Positions 19,593 through 29,040 of a stretch of DNA of 64,000 nt are shown piece by piece. This DNA is from an uncultured bacterium (GTDB taxonomy: Bacteria > Babelota > Babeliae > Babelales > Babelaceae): NCBI GenBank assembly GCA_963722385.1, contig CAVRKK010000002.1:768001-832000 (forward strand), written 5' to 3'. Below the pieces are notes generated by a model that did not search any database, had not been told where the DNA came from, and worked only from the letters and a program-made list of their open reading frames with translations. Position numbers and translations under genes: made by a program. Positions within the stretch are counted from its first letter, which is position 1, and every line of letters starts with the position of its first letter.

Positions 19593-20298
19593 TATTATTC
19601 CCGCTTACCTGAGGTTCATCAATCTCTTTGTCTTCAAACTTGTCAAAATGGTCGATAAAAGTCTTGCGATGAATAAGGCTTGCCGTGTGCTCATGTAACT
19701 TTTGGCGATGGAGCGCCGTACAATACCCCTTGTGCTGATCAAACGCGTACCCAGGGAAAGACCCATTCAGCTGCTCCATAAGCTTGTCGCGCGTAACTTT
19801 AGCAACAATAGAAGCCGCAGAAATAGAAATCGACTTGCTTTCACCAAATGGAAATGCCACAATATCGGTCGCTAAAAAATCGATACTCAACGGCATCGCG
19901 TCAACAAGAATGTAGCGGGGTTTTTGCACGCCCGTAGCAAGCAGCTGCATAACTGCTCTTTTCATGGCAATAAGCGTTGCTTGGTAAATATTTCTTTGAT
20001 CAATAATACGTGGATGCGCAATGCCCAAGGCATACGAACCGTTGCGCTTAATCCACTCATAGGCACGCAAGCGATCAGCAGGCACCAGCTCTTTTGAATC
20101 TTTTATCAGGCGCGATTTTTTGCCAGCTTTGAGGATAACAGCTGCGGTCACCACCGGGCCAGCCAGACAACCACGGCCAACCTCATCAATACCACAAACA
20201 ACCCTGTTCTCCGACCAGGCGGACTCTTCGTAAAAATTTTTCCTAAAATCCGCTTTCCGTCTAATCGTTATCATAAAATGCAGTTTTCCATTTGACAA
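19570..20298 (-). CDS. rnhB: Ribonuclease HII (start uncertain; ATG near 20274 possible)
   Basis: GIDEVGRGCLAGPV, DSK, LVDA, ISAASIVAKVTRD and HKGY motifs. Confidence 0.95.
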   Translation of the reverse strand: MSNGKLHFMITIRRKADFRKNFYEESAWSENRVVCGIDEVGRGCLAGPVVTAAVILKAGKKSRLIKDSKELVPADRLRAYEWIKRNGSYALGIAHPRIIDQRNIYQATLIAMKRAVMQLLATGVQKPRYILVDAMPLSIDFLATDIVAFPFGESKSISISAASIVAKVTRDKLMEQLNGSFPGYAFDQHKGYCTALHRQKLHEHTASLIHRKTFIDHFDKFEDKEIDEPQVSGNNNDQARIW

Positions 20299-20319
20299 GA
20301 ATTGGAGTTTGAGTACAAT
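20292..20319 (+). promoter_or_regulatory. Candidate sigma70 promoter for the XRE/S24 regulator
   Basis: TTGACA-N16-TACAAT upstream of the AAGGAG RBS and ATG at 20382. Confidence 0.55.
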
Positions 20320-20381
20320 TAGAAATACGCGGTGATAACCATACTATCATATTTTAATAAAACATACAAAAGGAGTTTACA

Positions 20382-21062
20382 ATGTCAGCGTCATCAACAG
20401 CGTTGCGCGTAAAAGAGCTTTTGCGCGAAAAGGGATGGACGACTAAGATCTTGGCTGAAAAAACCGGCATGTCTGAAAGTTATCTGACGCACATTAAGAA
20501 TGGCACGCGTCGTTGGAATGAGGATTCCTTGCGCAAGCTGGCAAGTGCATTTGAAATAGGGCCTATTGAGCTTTTTGCGCAGCACCGGCAAAGAACCGAC
20601 CAAGTTACCAGCAATGTTAAGATGCCTGAAAAATCTGATGTTCAGGTTCAAGTACAGATCGTGCCCGTGCTTGGCGATATCCCATCACACCCATCGCCTT
20701 ACAATAACCAGCTGATGCAAGTTACCACTGGCTGCAAAGATATGTTTGTCCCGATGATAAACCGGACAGACCCGGGTATGTTCGGACTTATACTGAACAA
20801 TAACCTGCTAGCGCCTACTTTCGAAAAAGGCGATCTGCTCATTGTCTCGCCTGAGGTTTGGACACGCTCAGGAGATATAGCTGCTGTTGAGTACGGCAAT
20901 GATACGCCGATGAAGGGCATCATGAAAGTTACATTTACCGATGATTTTATTGTGCTTGAATCGGTCAACTATAAGCAATCCCCTATTGCACTCGTGCGCG
21001 CCAAAGACCATTTCAGAATCATTGGCCGCGTCATTGAACGGCACCAAGGATTTGTTGAGTAA
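20382..21062 (+). CDS. XRE-family HTH with an S24 (LexA/cI-like) domain, probably non-cleavable
   Basis: HTH (LAEKTGMSESYLTHIKNG), VPVLG, GDLLIVSP, LESVN..Y and IIGRV. The Ala-Gly site and the GDSM Ser are absent. Confidence 0.85.
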   Translation: MSASSTALRVKELLREKGWTTKILAEKTGMSESYLTHIKNGTRRWNEDSLRKLASAFEIGPIELFAQHRQRTDQVTSNVKMPEKSDVQVQVQIVPVLGDIPSHPSPYNNQLMQVTTGCKDMFVPMINRTDPGMFGLILNNNLLAPTFEKGDLLIVSPEVWTRSGDIAAVEYGNDTPMKGIMKVTFTDDFIVLESVNYKQSPIALVRAKDHFRIIGRVIERHQGFVE

Positions 21063-21140
21063 AAAAAGAAAACACTACTAAATGCGGCTTGCATGAGCAA
21101 GCCGCATAGTGTTATACACTACCGCTTAGTAGAGGATACT

Positions 21141-21644
21141 ATGATACGTTACGAAACTCTTTTTATGACCGTACCTGAGATCACGGCCGACGAAGCGGCT
21201 GCGCTCGAAGGGAGCTTTGAAAAGCTCTTGGCGGAACACAAAGCATCGCTTCTTTCGTTTGAGCGTTGGGGCAAATACCGTCTGGCTTACCCTGTACGCA
21301 CCAATGATTACGGCGTTTATTTTTTGACGCGCTTTGAAATTTCTGATGCAGAGAAATCGAAAAGCCTTTTGGATGCGATGGATACGCTCATGTCGGTCAA
21401 GTATAACGAGCTTGTCATGCGCCACATGAATACTAGACTTGGCGCACGCTCATCTCTGTCATACCACCGACCTGAATCACTTGAGGAAGCGCCTTCCCGA
21501 GATGTCGAAACCTTTCTAAAAGAAAGCAAAATGACAGGCCTGCTTAATGCTCGCGGGCCAGCCAAGCGCGACTTTAAGGAACAGCAGGCAGATATTCAGG
21601 CAATCGATGAAACCGATGAGATGATGGAAAGTGAGGAAGCTTAA
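21141..21644 (+). CDS. rpsF: 30S ribosomal protein S6 with a long C-terminal extension
   Basis: [18 protein letters not shown] and GVY motifs. ATG at 21141 follows GAGGA. Confidence 0.93.
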   Translation: MIRYETLFMTVPEITADEAAALEGSFEKLLAEHKASLLSFERWGKYRLAYPVRTNDYGVYFLTRFEISDAEKSKSLLDAMDTLMSVKYNELVMRHMNTRLGARSSLSYHRPESLEEAPSRDVETFLKESKMTGLLNARGPAKRDFKEQQADIQAIDETDEMMESEEA

Positions 21645-21646
21645 TT

Positions 21647-21934
21647 ATGGCACGCAAAGCTAAATTGAAAGTAAGCTCAAGGCTCTTACGAAAAAAAGCT
21701 CGCCGCAGCTCGCTCTTTACCGGCAAGCAGTGCAGATTTTGCAGCAGCGATGCCCAAGCAGCAACACTTGATTACAAAAATGCCACGCTCTTAAAGAGCT
21801 TCATGACGGAACGTTGCAAGATATTGCCTTCGCGCATCTCAGGTAACTGCGCGCGACATCAGCGAGACCTCGCTGGACAAATTAAAAAGGCACGCGTTAT
21901 GGCGCTGTTGCCCTTCTCTTCTGTTCAAATTTAG
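21647..21934 (+). CDS. rpsR: 30S ribosomal protein S18
   Basis: [27 protein letters not shown] and ARVMALLPF motifs. Confidence 0.96.
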   Translation: MARKAKLKVSSRLLRKKARRSSLFTGKQCRFCSSDAQAATLDYKNATLLKSFMTERCKILPSRISGNCARHQRDLAGQIKKARVMALLPFSSVQI

Positions 21935-22108
21935 GTCATGCGGAGAGAGACGAGGTCTCTCTCCAAGCATCTGGTTGCCGAAAGAATGCGCTCTATGAGA
22001 ATATGGTTTCTCCTAAGCCGCTCTAGACATCAGTTCAGACACATGCTATATTAGAAATAAATTAACATTCTCTTTTCTTTTTACAAATTCTCTAGGAAGA
22101 TAAGATCT

Positions 22109-23908
22109 ATGGTTGCACAGCAACGAGATAAACTACGTAATATAGCTATTATTGCCCACGTTGACCATGGCAAGACAACGCTCGTGGATAAACTTTTACG
22201 CCAGTCGGGCACCATTGGCGCCGAAGCTGGCGAGCGCGTTATGGATAGCAATGCTCTTGAGCGTGAGCGCGGTATTACCATTTTAGCAAAAAACACCGGA
22301 ATTCTTTACGAGGGATATACGATCAACATTGTGGACACGCCCGGCCATAGCGATTTTGGGGGCGAAGTTGAACGTACGCTCCAGATGGTTGAGGGATTTC
22401 TCCTGTTGGTTGATGCTGCCGAAGGCGTGCTTCCCGGCACTCGTTTTGTTTTGCACAAAGCCCTTCAGCTCAATTTAAAGCCAATCGTTTTTATTAATAA
22501 AATTGACCGTAAAGATGCTGACCTTGAGCGCACCGAAAGCCAGATTCATGACCTCTTCTTGGACTTGGCGATTTCGGAAAGCCAGCTTGCCTTTCCTTTA
22601 TTGTACGGTTCTTCGCGCCACGGGTTTGCTACCACCAATGCTGCGGTACCATCTGACTCGCTCAAGCCCCTGTTTGACGCGATTATTGACACCGTGCCTG
22701 CGCCAATCGAAAAAGAGCAGGGCCTCCAGATGTTGGTCACCAATCTTGACCATTCAGACTTTTTAGGTGCCATAGCGATTGGCCGCGTATTTAGCGGTAC
22801 GATCAAGGTGGGCCAATCATTTATATGCTGCAAGGATTCGTATATCAGCAAGCCGATGCGTGTTACCAAAATTTATAAATTTTATGGCCTTGAGCGCGTC
22901 GAGTGCGCAGAAGCTCAATTTGGCGATATCATCGCCGTTACGGGATTTAGCGAGCCGGTAAGCATAGGCTCAACGCTTTGTGACGTTGGCAACCCGCTCC
23001 CGCATCCCTATGTTAAGGTTGACGAGCCAACAATGGCCCTCTACATCTCGGTTAACGACTCCCCTTTTAATGGCCAGGATGGCAAGTTATTAACATCACG
23101 ACAAATCCGTGAACGCCTTGAAAAGGAGCTTAAGGTAAACGTAGCATTGCGCGTAGAACCTACTCAGTCTCCCGACGTTTTTAAGGCATCGGGACGCGGC
23201 CAACTACACTTGAGCATCCTTATTGAAAATATGCGTCGTGAAGGCTTTGAGCTTCAAGTTTCCGCTCCTGAAGTCATTTACCAAACAATTAACGGCACGC
23301 GTCATGAACCCATGGAGCACCTGGTTATTGATATTCCCGAGGACTATCAGGGAGTCGTTATAGAATCGCTTGGCCGCAAAAAAGCTGAGTTGAAAAATTT
23401 GGCACATTATGGCAATAAACGCGTCCGCCTAGAATTTGAAATACCATCACGGGGGTTACTGGGCTTTAGGAACCAGTTTCTAACCGATACGCGTGGTACA
23501 GGTATTGCTACCTTTAGCTTTGCCGGCTACCAACCGTATAAAGGCGACATCCAATTACGCACCAAAGGCGCACTCGTATCGATGGAAAATGGCGCAGCTA
23601 CCTCTTTTGCTCTCGAAACATTGCAGGAGCGCGGAGTTCTTTTTGTCAAGCCTACCGACAAAATTTACGAAGGCATGATTATAGGCGAAAATAGCCGTGA
23701 AGGTGATATGGATGTCAATCCCTGCAAGCTCAAGAAATTGACCAATATGCGGGCAGCTGGATCCGAAGATTTGGTCAAGCTCGAGCCACCCCGTGTCATG
23801 GATTTGGAACTTTGCATGGAGTGGATCATGCCTGATGAACTTATCGAGGTCACGCCACATCATATTAGGCTACGCAAAAAAATTCTCCGCGCGGCTCTTC
23901 GTAAATAA
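22109..23908 (+). CDS. typA: Translational GTPase TypA/BipA
   Basis: [43 protein letters not shown] and KKLTNMRA motifs. Confidence 0.97.
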   Translation: MVAQQRDKLRNIAIIAHVDHGKTTLVDKLLRQSGTIGAEAGERVMDSNALERERGITILAKNTGILYEGYTINIVDTPGHSDFGGEVERTLQMVEGFLLLVDAAEGVLPGTRFVLHKALQLNLKPIVFINKIDRKDADLERTESQIHDLFLDLAISESQLAFPLLYGSSRHGFATTNAAVPSDSLKPLFDAIIDTVPAPIEKEQGLQMLVTNLDHSDFLGAIAIGRVFSGTIKVGQSFICCKDSYISKPMRVTKIYKFYGLERVECAEAQFGDIIAVTGFSEPVSIGSTLCDVGNPLPHPYVKVDEPTMALYISVNDSPFNGQDGKLLTSRQIRERLEKELKVNVALRVEPTQSPDVFKASGRGQLHLSILIENMRREGFELQVSAPEVIYQTINGTRHEPMEHLVIDIPEDYQGVVIESLGRKKAELKNLAHYGNKRVRLEFEIPSRGLLGFRNQFLTDTRGTGIATFSFAGYQPYKGDIQLRTKGALVSMENGAATSFALETLQERGVLFVKPTDKIYEGMIIGENSREGDMDVNPCKLKKLTNMRAAGSEDLVKLEPPRVMDLELCMEWIMPDELIEVTPHHIRLRKKILRAALRK

Positions 23909-24562
23909 CTACTTCTGCGCCTTATTTTGCAGAATAATAATACCAAAAATAAAAGCGCTTATCACGGCGGCGAAAAAGCACCAGATAGAGATAAAGAACA
24001 TTCGTTCAAACGTAAAGCTCACAAGAAGCGCACTGGCGATCAATGCGCCAAGCAGCTGGAGCGAGCGATGCGATGAGACAAGAAGCGAGCCAACCGTTAC
24101 TGCTACGTATATGGGCAACAGCAGCCGCGTCAGCATCTCGGTTTGCGCAAGAGAAAGCGCATAGGCAATGTGGCGGCCTTGAAGTGAAGCTGTTGCGCCA
24201 AAATAGATGAGTGCGCTTATAAGGCTAACTGCCAAGGCAGCACCAATAACACAGAGAGCGCGCAAAATTCGCTGGCGCCCATGCTCGCCTTCAAACGAAA
24301 GTGTCACATAAGGTACCCAGGCAGGCCATAAGCCAAAAGCAAAAAACAGAAAAGTATACGCCCCAACCATATACCAGCTCGCAAAATACCCATACGAAAG
24401 CCCCATCCAGACAAAGCCTTCAGCAATTTGTTGGAGCGCAAAAAAGGATGGCGTCATGGCGAGTAAGCGTTGCGGTGCCGACTGCGCTTGATACTGGGCA
24501 GCAGCGCCAATCAGGAAAAGGCCGCTCGCCGTAGCAAAACTAACGCTTGCGCAAAAACACAT
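23909..24562 (-). CDS. Multi-pass membrane protein (DUF6629-like)
   Basis: MCF.ASVSF start, LQQ..EG.VW and FISIWCFFAA motifs, about 7 TM helices. Confidence 0.6.
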   Translation of the reverse strand: MCFCASVSFATASGLFLIGAAAQYQAQSAPQRLLAMTPSFFALQQIAEGFVWMGLSYGYFASWYMVGAYTFLFFAFGLWPAWVPYVTLSFEGEHGRQRILRALCVIGAALAVSLISALIYFGATASLQGRHIAYALSLAQTEMLTRLLLPIYVAVTVGSLLVSSHRSLQLLGALIASALLVSFTFERMFFISIWCFFAAVISAFIFGIIILQNKAQK

Positions 24563-24585
24563 CGGTCTGCCCCCTAGAGAATACG

Positions 24586-24615
24586 AAAAAGAAGGCAGAA
24601 TTTCTATCTGCCTTC
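24586..24615 (-). terminator. Rho-independent terminator
   Basis: GAAGGCAGA/TCTGCCTTC stem followed by a T run on the minus strand, just after the stop at 24627. Confidence 0.7.
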
Positions 24616-24626
24616 AATTGACTTGT

Positions 24627-25211
24627 TTAATTCTGAACCGATTGGTCGTGTACTGCTGCTATCGCTTCAGTTTCAGCAATAGATTTTGCAAGAAATTTCA
24701 AATACTCTTCCTTCTCGCTAATCGCTGCTTGCTCGCCACGATCAAGCACGGCGTTCCAGGCAAGATTAAACAGCGCGCGGGCCGCCGCAGCAAATGCTGC
24801 AGCATCTAAGACATAATAAAAGTACCGCGTAAACTTATGAGCGCGCTCGTTTTTGATTCTCGATAAAAGATTATATTGAGATGCCTCAAGTAGGTGCGAT
24901 GCCAGCACGGTTGCTATAAAGAGCTGCAATACGCTCTCAACCTTGGGATGACTCGTTTCACCCCGCTTAACAACATACGCTTGTTTAAGCTCCTCGAGTG
25001 CTTTTGTTTGACTTGCCTGGTCCCGATAAGCTCTGACCAGCGCTTGTTGAATAGGCGGCAAATTGGCATAGTCAGCACCGTATCCCATAGCTTGCATGTC
25101 ATTGTCGTCCATCTTAACACACTGCACTGATCGCGCCACGGGAATGTTCGTTAGCCTTGCCGCCTGCACCCCTGACGCGGCAAAAAGTAATAAGGCACAT
25201 AACTTATTCAT
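24627..25211 (-). CDS. Hypothetical exported protein with coiled coils and two hydrophobic segments
   Basis: ATG at 25211 after AGGAG. Signal peptide MNKLCALLLFAASGVQA. Confidence 0.7.
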   Translation of the reverse strand: MNKLCALLLFAASGVQAARLTNIPVARSVQCVKMDDNDMQAMGYGADYANLPPIQQALVRAYRDQASQTKALEELKQAYVVKRGETSHPKVESVLQLFIATVLASHLLEASQYNLLSRIKNERAHKFTRYFYYVLDAAAFAAAARALFNLAWNAVLDRGEQAAISEKEEYLKFLAKSIAETEAIAAVHDQSVQN

Positions 25212-25444
25212 CGAAACTCCTCTCCTTGAGTTTTGGTTAAAGTAATAGATGCTTAAAAAAGAGAATAGCAAAACTTAATAAACACTCCTAATAAATTTTA
25301 CGCAATCAAAAAGAAAGCGCTCATCAAGCATAGAATACTTTTTTTCTTTCGTCGGAGAAAATGTTTTGCCCTGTGCACGAGCTGCTCAAAAAAAGAAGAC
25401 GGACCAAGGCCCATCTTCTTTAGAGCATTCTTTACACGTAAAGG

Positions 25445-25969
25445 TTAAGCAGCTGGTTCTATTTGCAACCCTGAGATATACTCAATGTGTTGTTGCAAGA
25501 ACCTATACCGCTCATCGAGTTTTTCAAGTTTATCTCGATAACAGCTATCACTTGAGTGGTCACGATATAATTTATACAAAGCCCATATCATTGTTGAAAG
25601 GGCCAGCGATCCTATAACGTACGTGCCTATATTTCTCGCTTTATTGCCAGCTTTAGCGGCCACCACTACATCTGGCTTGCCCTCATTAGGCTTGGCAGCA
25701 GCAACAACTTCTGCGGCAACGGGAAGATACTTGAGCATGCCGAGAGCACCTAATGCCCATCCTAGTTCTATGAGGCTTTCAAGGTAATAATGATTTTGCT
25801 CACCTGCTCTTCTGAGCCACTGTTCTTCTTCGTGTGCTTTCTGGTATAAAATTGCTTCTTGTTTTGCCCGTGGCTGTTTGGTAATGTCATCGTCAGAGGC
25901 TGGCCTCTCGGGATCAGCAATCACCTGCAACACGCCGAGCAAAGCAAGCGTTAATAGTGTTATTTTCAT
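25445..25969 (-). CDS. Hypothetical exported protein with two hydrophobic helices and a C-terminal coiled coil
   Basis: AAGGAG RBS. Signal peptide MKITLLTLALLGVLQVIA. Confidence 0.72.
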   Translation of the reverse strand: MKITLLTLALLGVLQVIADPERPASDDDITKQPRAKQEAILYQKAHEEEQWLRRAGEQNHYYLESLIELGWALGALGMLKYLPVAAEVVAAAKPNEGKPDVVVAAKAGNKARNIGTYVIGSLALSTMIWALYKLYRDHSSDSCYRDKLEKLDERYRFLQQHIEYISGLQIEPAA

Positions 25970-26146
25970 ATACTCTCCTTGGTAAAAATGTTAATATTTT
26001 GTTTGCTTCATTGGCACAACTGGATTCAATCTTAGCGCAGGGTTTTGAGGTAAGTCAACGACATACGAGAACATAAGGTGATCGCCAATACTTCAAAGCT
26101 TATCATTAAATAACCCTCGCAAAAATTATAAGCAGAGGAATACCGC

Positions 26147-26905
26147 GTGAATTATAGAGCATTGGTTGCTTATGATGGCACGGCATACCATGGCTGGCAA
26201 CAGCAAACTCACGATAACACGGTTGCAGGAACATTACAATCTTCGTTTATCAAAGCGTTTAGCCAGGAAGTGGCACTTCGTGGCGCCTCGCGCACTGATG
26301 CGGGGGTTCATGCGCTTGGCCAAGTTGTTCGGGTCACTACCAATCTCGATCTTGAGCCAAAGGTCATCCGTACTGCATGGAATGCTCGGTTACCACACGA
26401 TATACATATACGCGCATTGTGCTTAAGCTCTGCCGACTTTAATCCATTAGCACAGGTTATTCAAAAAACCTACTATTACCATTTTTTTCTTGAGAGGCCG
26501 TTGCCATTCATAGCACGGTATGGCGCCATATGGCATAAGCCGGTTAATTTTGATAAGCTACAAGAAAGCTTGTGGGTATTTACGGGCACTCATGATTTTC
26601 GGTCATTTTGCACGGGCGATGAACAAGAAACGATAAGGACGATTGACTCGATTAAGCTCGATTACCTAAAAAAATTTAAAACCTATCGTATTGTTGTGCA
26701 AGGTCCGGGCTTTGGCCGCTATATGATTCGGCGCCTTGTTGGCGCAGCGCTTGACTGTGCTAGCCGTGCAGAGCGATCACCTAACGACTTAATCAACGCC
26801 CTTGCTGAATGTGATCCTCGGCAACAATTTCCTACCGCAAAGCCTGAGGGATTATTGTTGCGCAAGATCGAGTATAAAAATTTTTCGTGGCCACCCGCAC
26901 CCTGA
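26147..26905 (+). CDS. truA: tRNA pseudouridine(38-40) synthase
   Basis: YDGTAYHGWQ, SRTDAGVHA.GQ, GTHDFRSF and MIRRLVG motifs. Confidence 0.95.
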   Translation: MNYRALVAYDGTAYHGWQQQTHDNTVAGTLQSSFIKAFSQEVALRGASRTDAGVHALGQVVRVTTNLDLEPKVIRTAWNARLPHDIHIRALCLSSADFNPLAQVIQKTYYYHFFLERPLPFIARYGAIWHKPVNFDKLQESLWVFTGTHDFRSFCTGDEQETIRTIDSIKLDYLKKFKTYRIVVQGPGFGRYMIRRLVGAALDCASRAERSPNDLINALAECDPRQQFPTAKPEGLLLRKIEYKNFSWPPAP

Positions 26906-26915
26906 AAGGGCTCAC

Positions 26916-27497
26916 ATGAAAATAAACCGTTATGCTGTAAGTAGTTTACTTCTCTCTGCGCTTATACTGATTGGATTAAGTTATTGGCATTTCCGAAGCC
27001 AGCGCACCTGTGACGGTATAGCAATATATAGCTCCGAACGAGATCGGGAAGCGTGCCTTAAGCTTTTTCAAGATAATTGGTACTGGTTAGTCCCTGAAGA
27101 TTTGCCTTTTTCGGCAGAAAAATTTTTGGCAAAAGGCCATCGCAGCGGAGAAAGCAGTGAAGAAACCCAAATAGCTGTTTATTGTGTCGAGGGCAAGGTT
27201 ATTGGCTTTGTTGCTTATCACAAAGAAAACTTTTACAAGGGCAGACTACGGTTTATCGTTCTTGATAAAAAATACCGCGGGCAAGGATATGCTGAAAAGC
27301 TCATGGAGTTTGCCCTGATTGCTATGAAAAAGATGGGGCTCCACCTCGTCCAGCTCATTACGCGCACTGACAATGAGTCTGCCATTAAGTTTTATCACAA
27401 AATCGGCTTTCATGAATATTGGCGCGATGACAAATTTGTGCGCTTCGAAAAATCGCTCGATCAGCCAGCGCCCGCTACCAAAAGCGCTCTTGCGTAA
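26916..27497 (+). CDS. GNAT acetyltransferase with an N-terminal signal or anchor
   Basis: YRGQGYA acetyl-CoA motif and N..AIKFY.KIGF. ATG at 26916 gives a hydrophobic N-terminus. Confidence 0.85.
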   Translation: MKINRYAVSSLLLSALILIGLSYWHFRSQRTCDGIAIYSSERDREACLKLFQDNWYWLVPEDLPFSAEKFLAKGHRSGESSEETQIAVYCVEGKVIGFVAYHKENFYKGRLRFIVLDKKYRGQGYAEKLMEFALIAMKKMGLHLVQLITRTDNESAIKFYHKIGFHEYWRDDKFVRFEKSLDQPAPATKSALA

Positions 27498-27590
27498 AGC
27501 GCGGATGCATGATACACTGTGGTCGCTTATTAAATAAAAAAATAACAAGCAAACAGCTTAATTATTCACTATTTATGACGAGAAGAATTT

Positions 27591-27971
27591 ATGAAAATCC
27601 ACCACTTTATTATACTTTGCAGTTTTTTTCTTATGGCCGCGCAAGCGCCTGCAAGCGAGCAACTTATTGCACCACATAACAATCAGGAGCAACAAGACGA
27701 CCTTTGGGATGAGCTCACTGAAGAAGAGCAAGCAGCTATTAATAGGCTTGATGAGATTTTTGACCAGGTGCCCGAAGAGGTCTTCGATGCAATTACGTAT
27801 GAGGATCCAAGCGCGTTTGAGCTTTATGTCCAGCAGCTCCTCAGTCTGATTGCTTCAGTACCAGGCGCAATTAAGTTAGCCGCCTGGCTGCGCACTCATA
27901 TGTCTGATTTTTCAAACATGATGAGCAGCCAGGTTGATCAAGAGACTGGCTCCTTACATGAAGAGCTCTAA
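27591..27971 (+). CDS. Hypothetical acidic exported protein
   Basis: Signal peptide followed by an acidic helical region. Confidence 0.65.
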   Translation: MKIHHFIILCSFFLMAAQAPASEQLIAPHNNQEQQDDLWDELTEEEQAAINRLDEIFDQVPEEVFDAITYEDPSAFELYVQQLLSLIASVPGAIKLAAWLRTHMSDFSNMMSSQVDQETGSLHEEL

Positions 27972-28722
27972 TAAGCTCATCGCATCACAGAGCCATATTT
28001 TTTCACTTTTTAGCGATCAGGAATTAAGCCAGCTTATTGTAGGACGTCACATCACGGTAACCGAGCATGCCCTGGTAAAGCGTTTAACACACGTATTGCG
28101 TGCCGAGCGGGGCGACGAAGTAATTATTTTTGATAAAAAGAATCATACTGCCTTTACGATAACTAATATTTCGAAGCAGGCTATAGAAGGTTCTCTTATT
28201 CACGTTGAGCACAACAAGGCATTATTGCCCCAGATTCATTGGCTTTTGCCATTGCTTGAACGCGATGCATTTGAAAAAGCAATTGCTGGCTTAACCGTTT
28301 TAGGAGCAACATCAATCGAGCCCTTTGTAACACGAAAAGTTCACCGAAGAGCTCTTTCACCCAAGGAGCATGAGCGTATTCATCGCATCATGATTGCTGC
28401 TGCCGAACAGTCTAAGCAGTTTGTATTGCCCGAAATCAAGCCAGTTGCCACTTTTGAATCTTTACGCTCTCGAAGTTTTACCGAGCCGGCGTTATTCTTT
28501 GACCCCGTCGGGATGCATGCTCGTGACATGATAGCGTTAATTGAAAAATCGCCGCCACCTAGTCTTAGGTGTATGGTCGGACCTGAAGGCGATTTAACCG
28601 TCGACGAGAAGAGCATGCTTAAAGAGTTACATTTTTCTTTTGTCGCTTTAACGCCCTCAATTTTACGCTCCGAAGATGCTGCTTTTATTGCTACGGGGCT
28701 CTTGCGGTCAATGTTGCGATAA
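27958..28722 (+). CDS. rsmE: 16S rRNA (uracil1498-N3)-methyltransferase
   Basis: HVLR, AAEQS, VGPEG and ILRSE.AA SPOUT motifs. Start uncertain (27934 or 27958). Confidence 0.88.
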   Translation: MKSSNKLIASQSHIFSLFSDQELSQLIVGRHITVTEHALVKRLTHVLRAERGDEVIIFDKKNHTAFTITNISKQAIEGSLIHVEHNKALLPQIHWLLPLLERDAFEKAIAGLTVLGATSIEPFVTRKVHRRALSPKEHERIHRIMIAAAEQSKQFVLPEIKPVATFESLRSRSFTEPALFFDPVGMHARDMIALIEKSPPPSLRCMVGPEGDLTVDEKSMLKELHFSFVALTPSILRSEDAAFIATGLLRSMLR

Positions 28723-29040
28723 AGTATTTGGGTAACGAAACTCATTGACCTCATGCAATGCCGGCTTTATCGTAAATGCTGTGAGTCCAAGAGCTTCTAA
28801 CCCATGATGGCTATAAAATTGCGCATCAGTCGTTGCTTCAAAATAAAGTGGCTTTGCTTGATAGCCATTATCGCTGATTGATTGCGCACTTGAAATATAA
28901 ATCAACGCAATCATACTGCGCGCATCAGCTTGTCTTGCATAAAAACTTAGTTTACAATAGAGCGATTCAATGCCGTAGTTTATTATTTTCTTTAGAAAAA
29001 TAATCTATGATATGTTCACTATTTTGTAAAGGAGTTGCTT

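Noticed and set aside
21941..21965. Hairpin GGAGAGAGAC/GTCTCTCTCC after rpsR as an ncRNA
   Set aside because: A single stem with no U-tract or further support; probably a 3' stabilising or terminating structure.
28708..28914. 68-aa minus-strand ORF
   Set aside because: No clear RBS or recognisable family. It may be real but cannot be supported.
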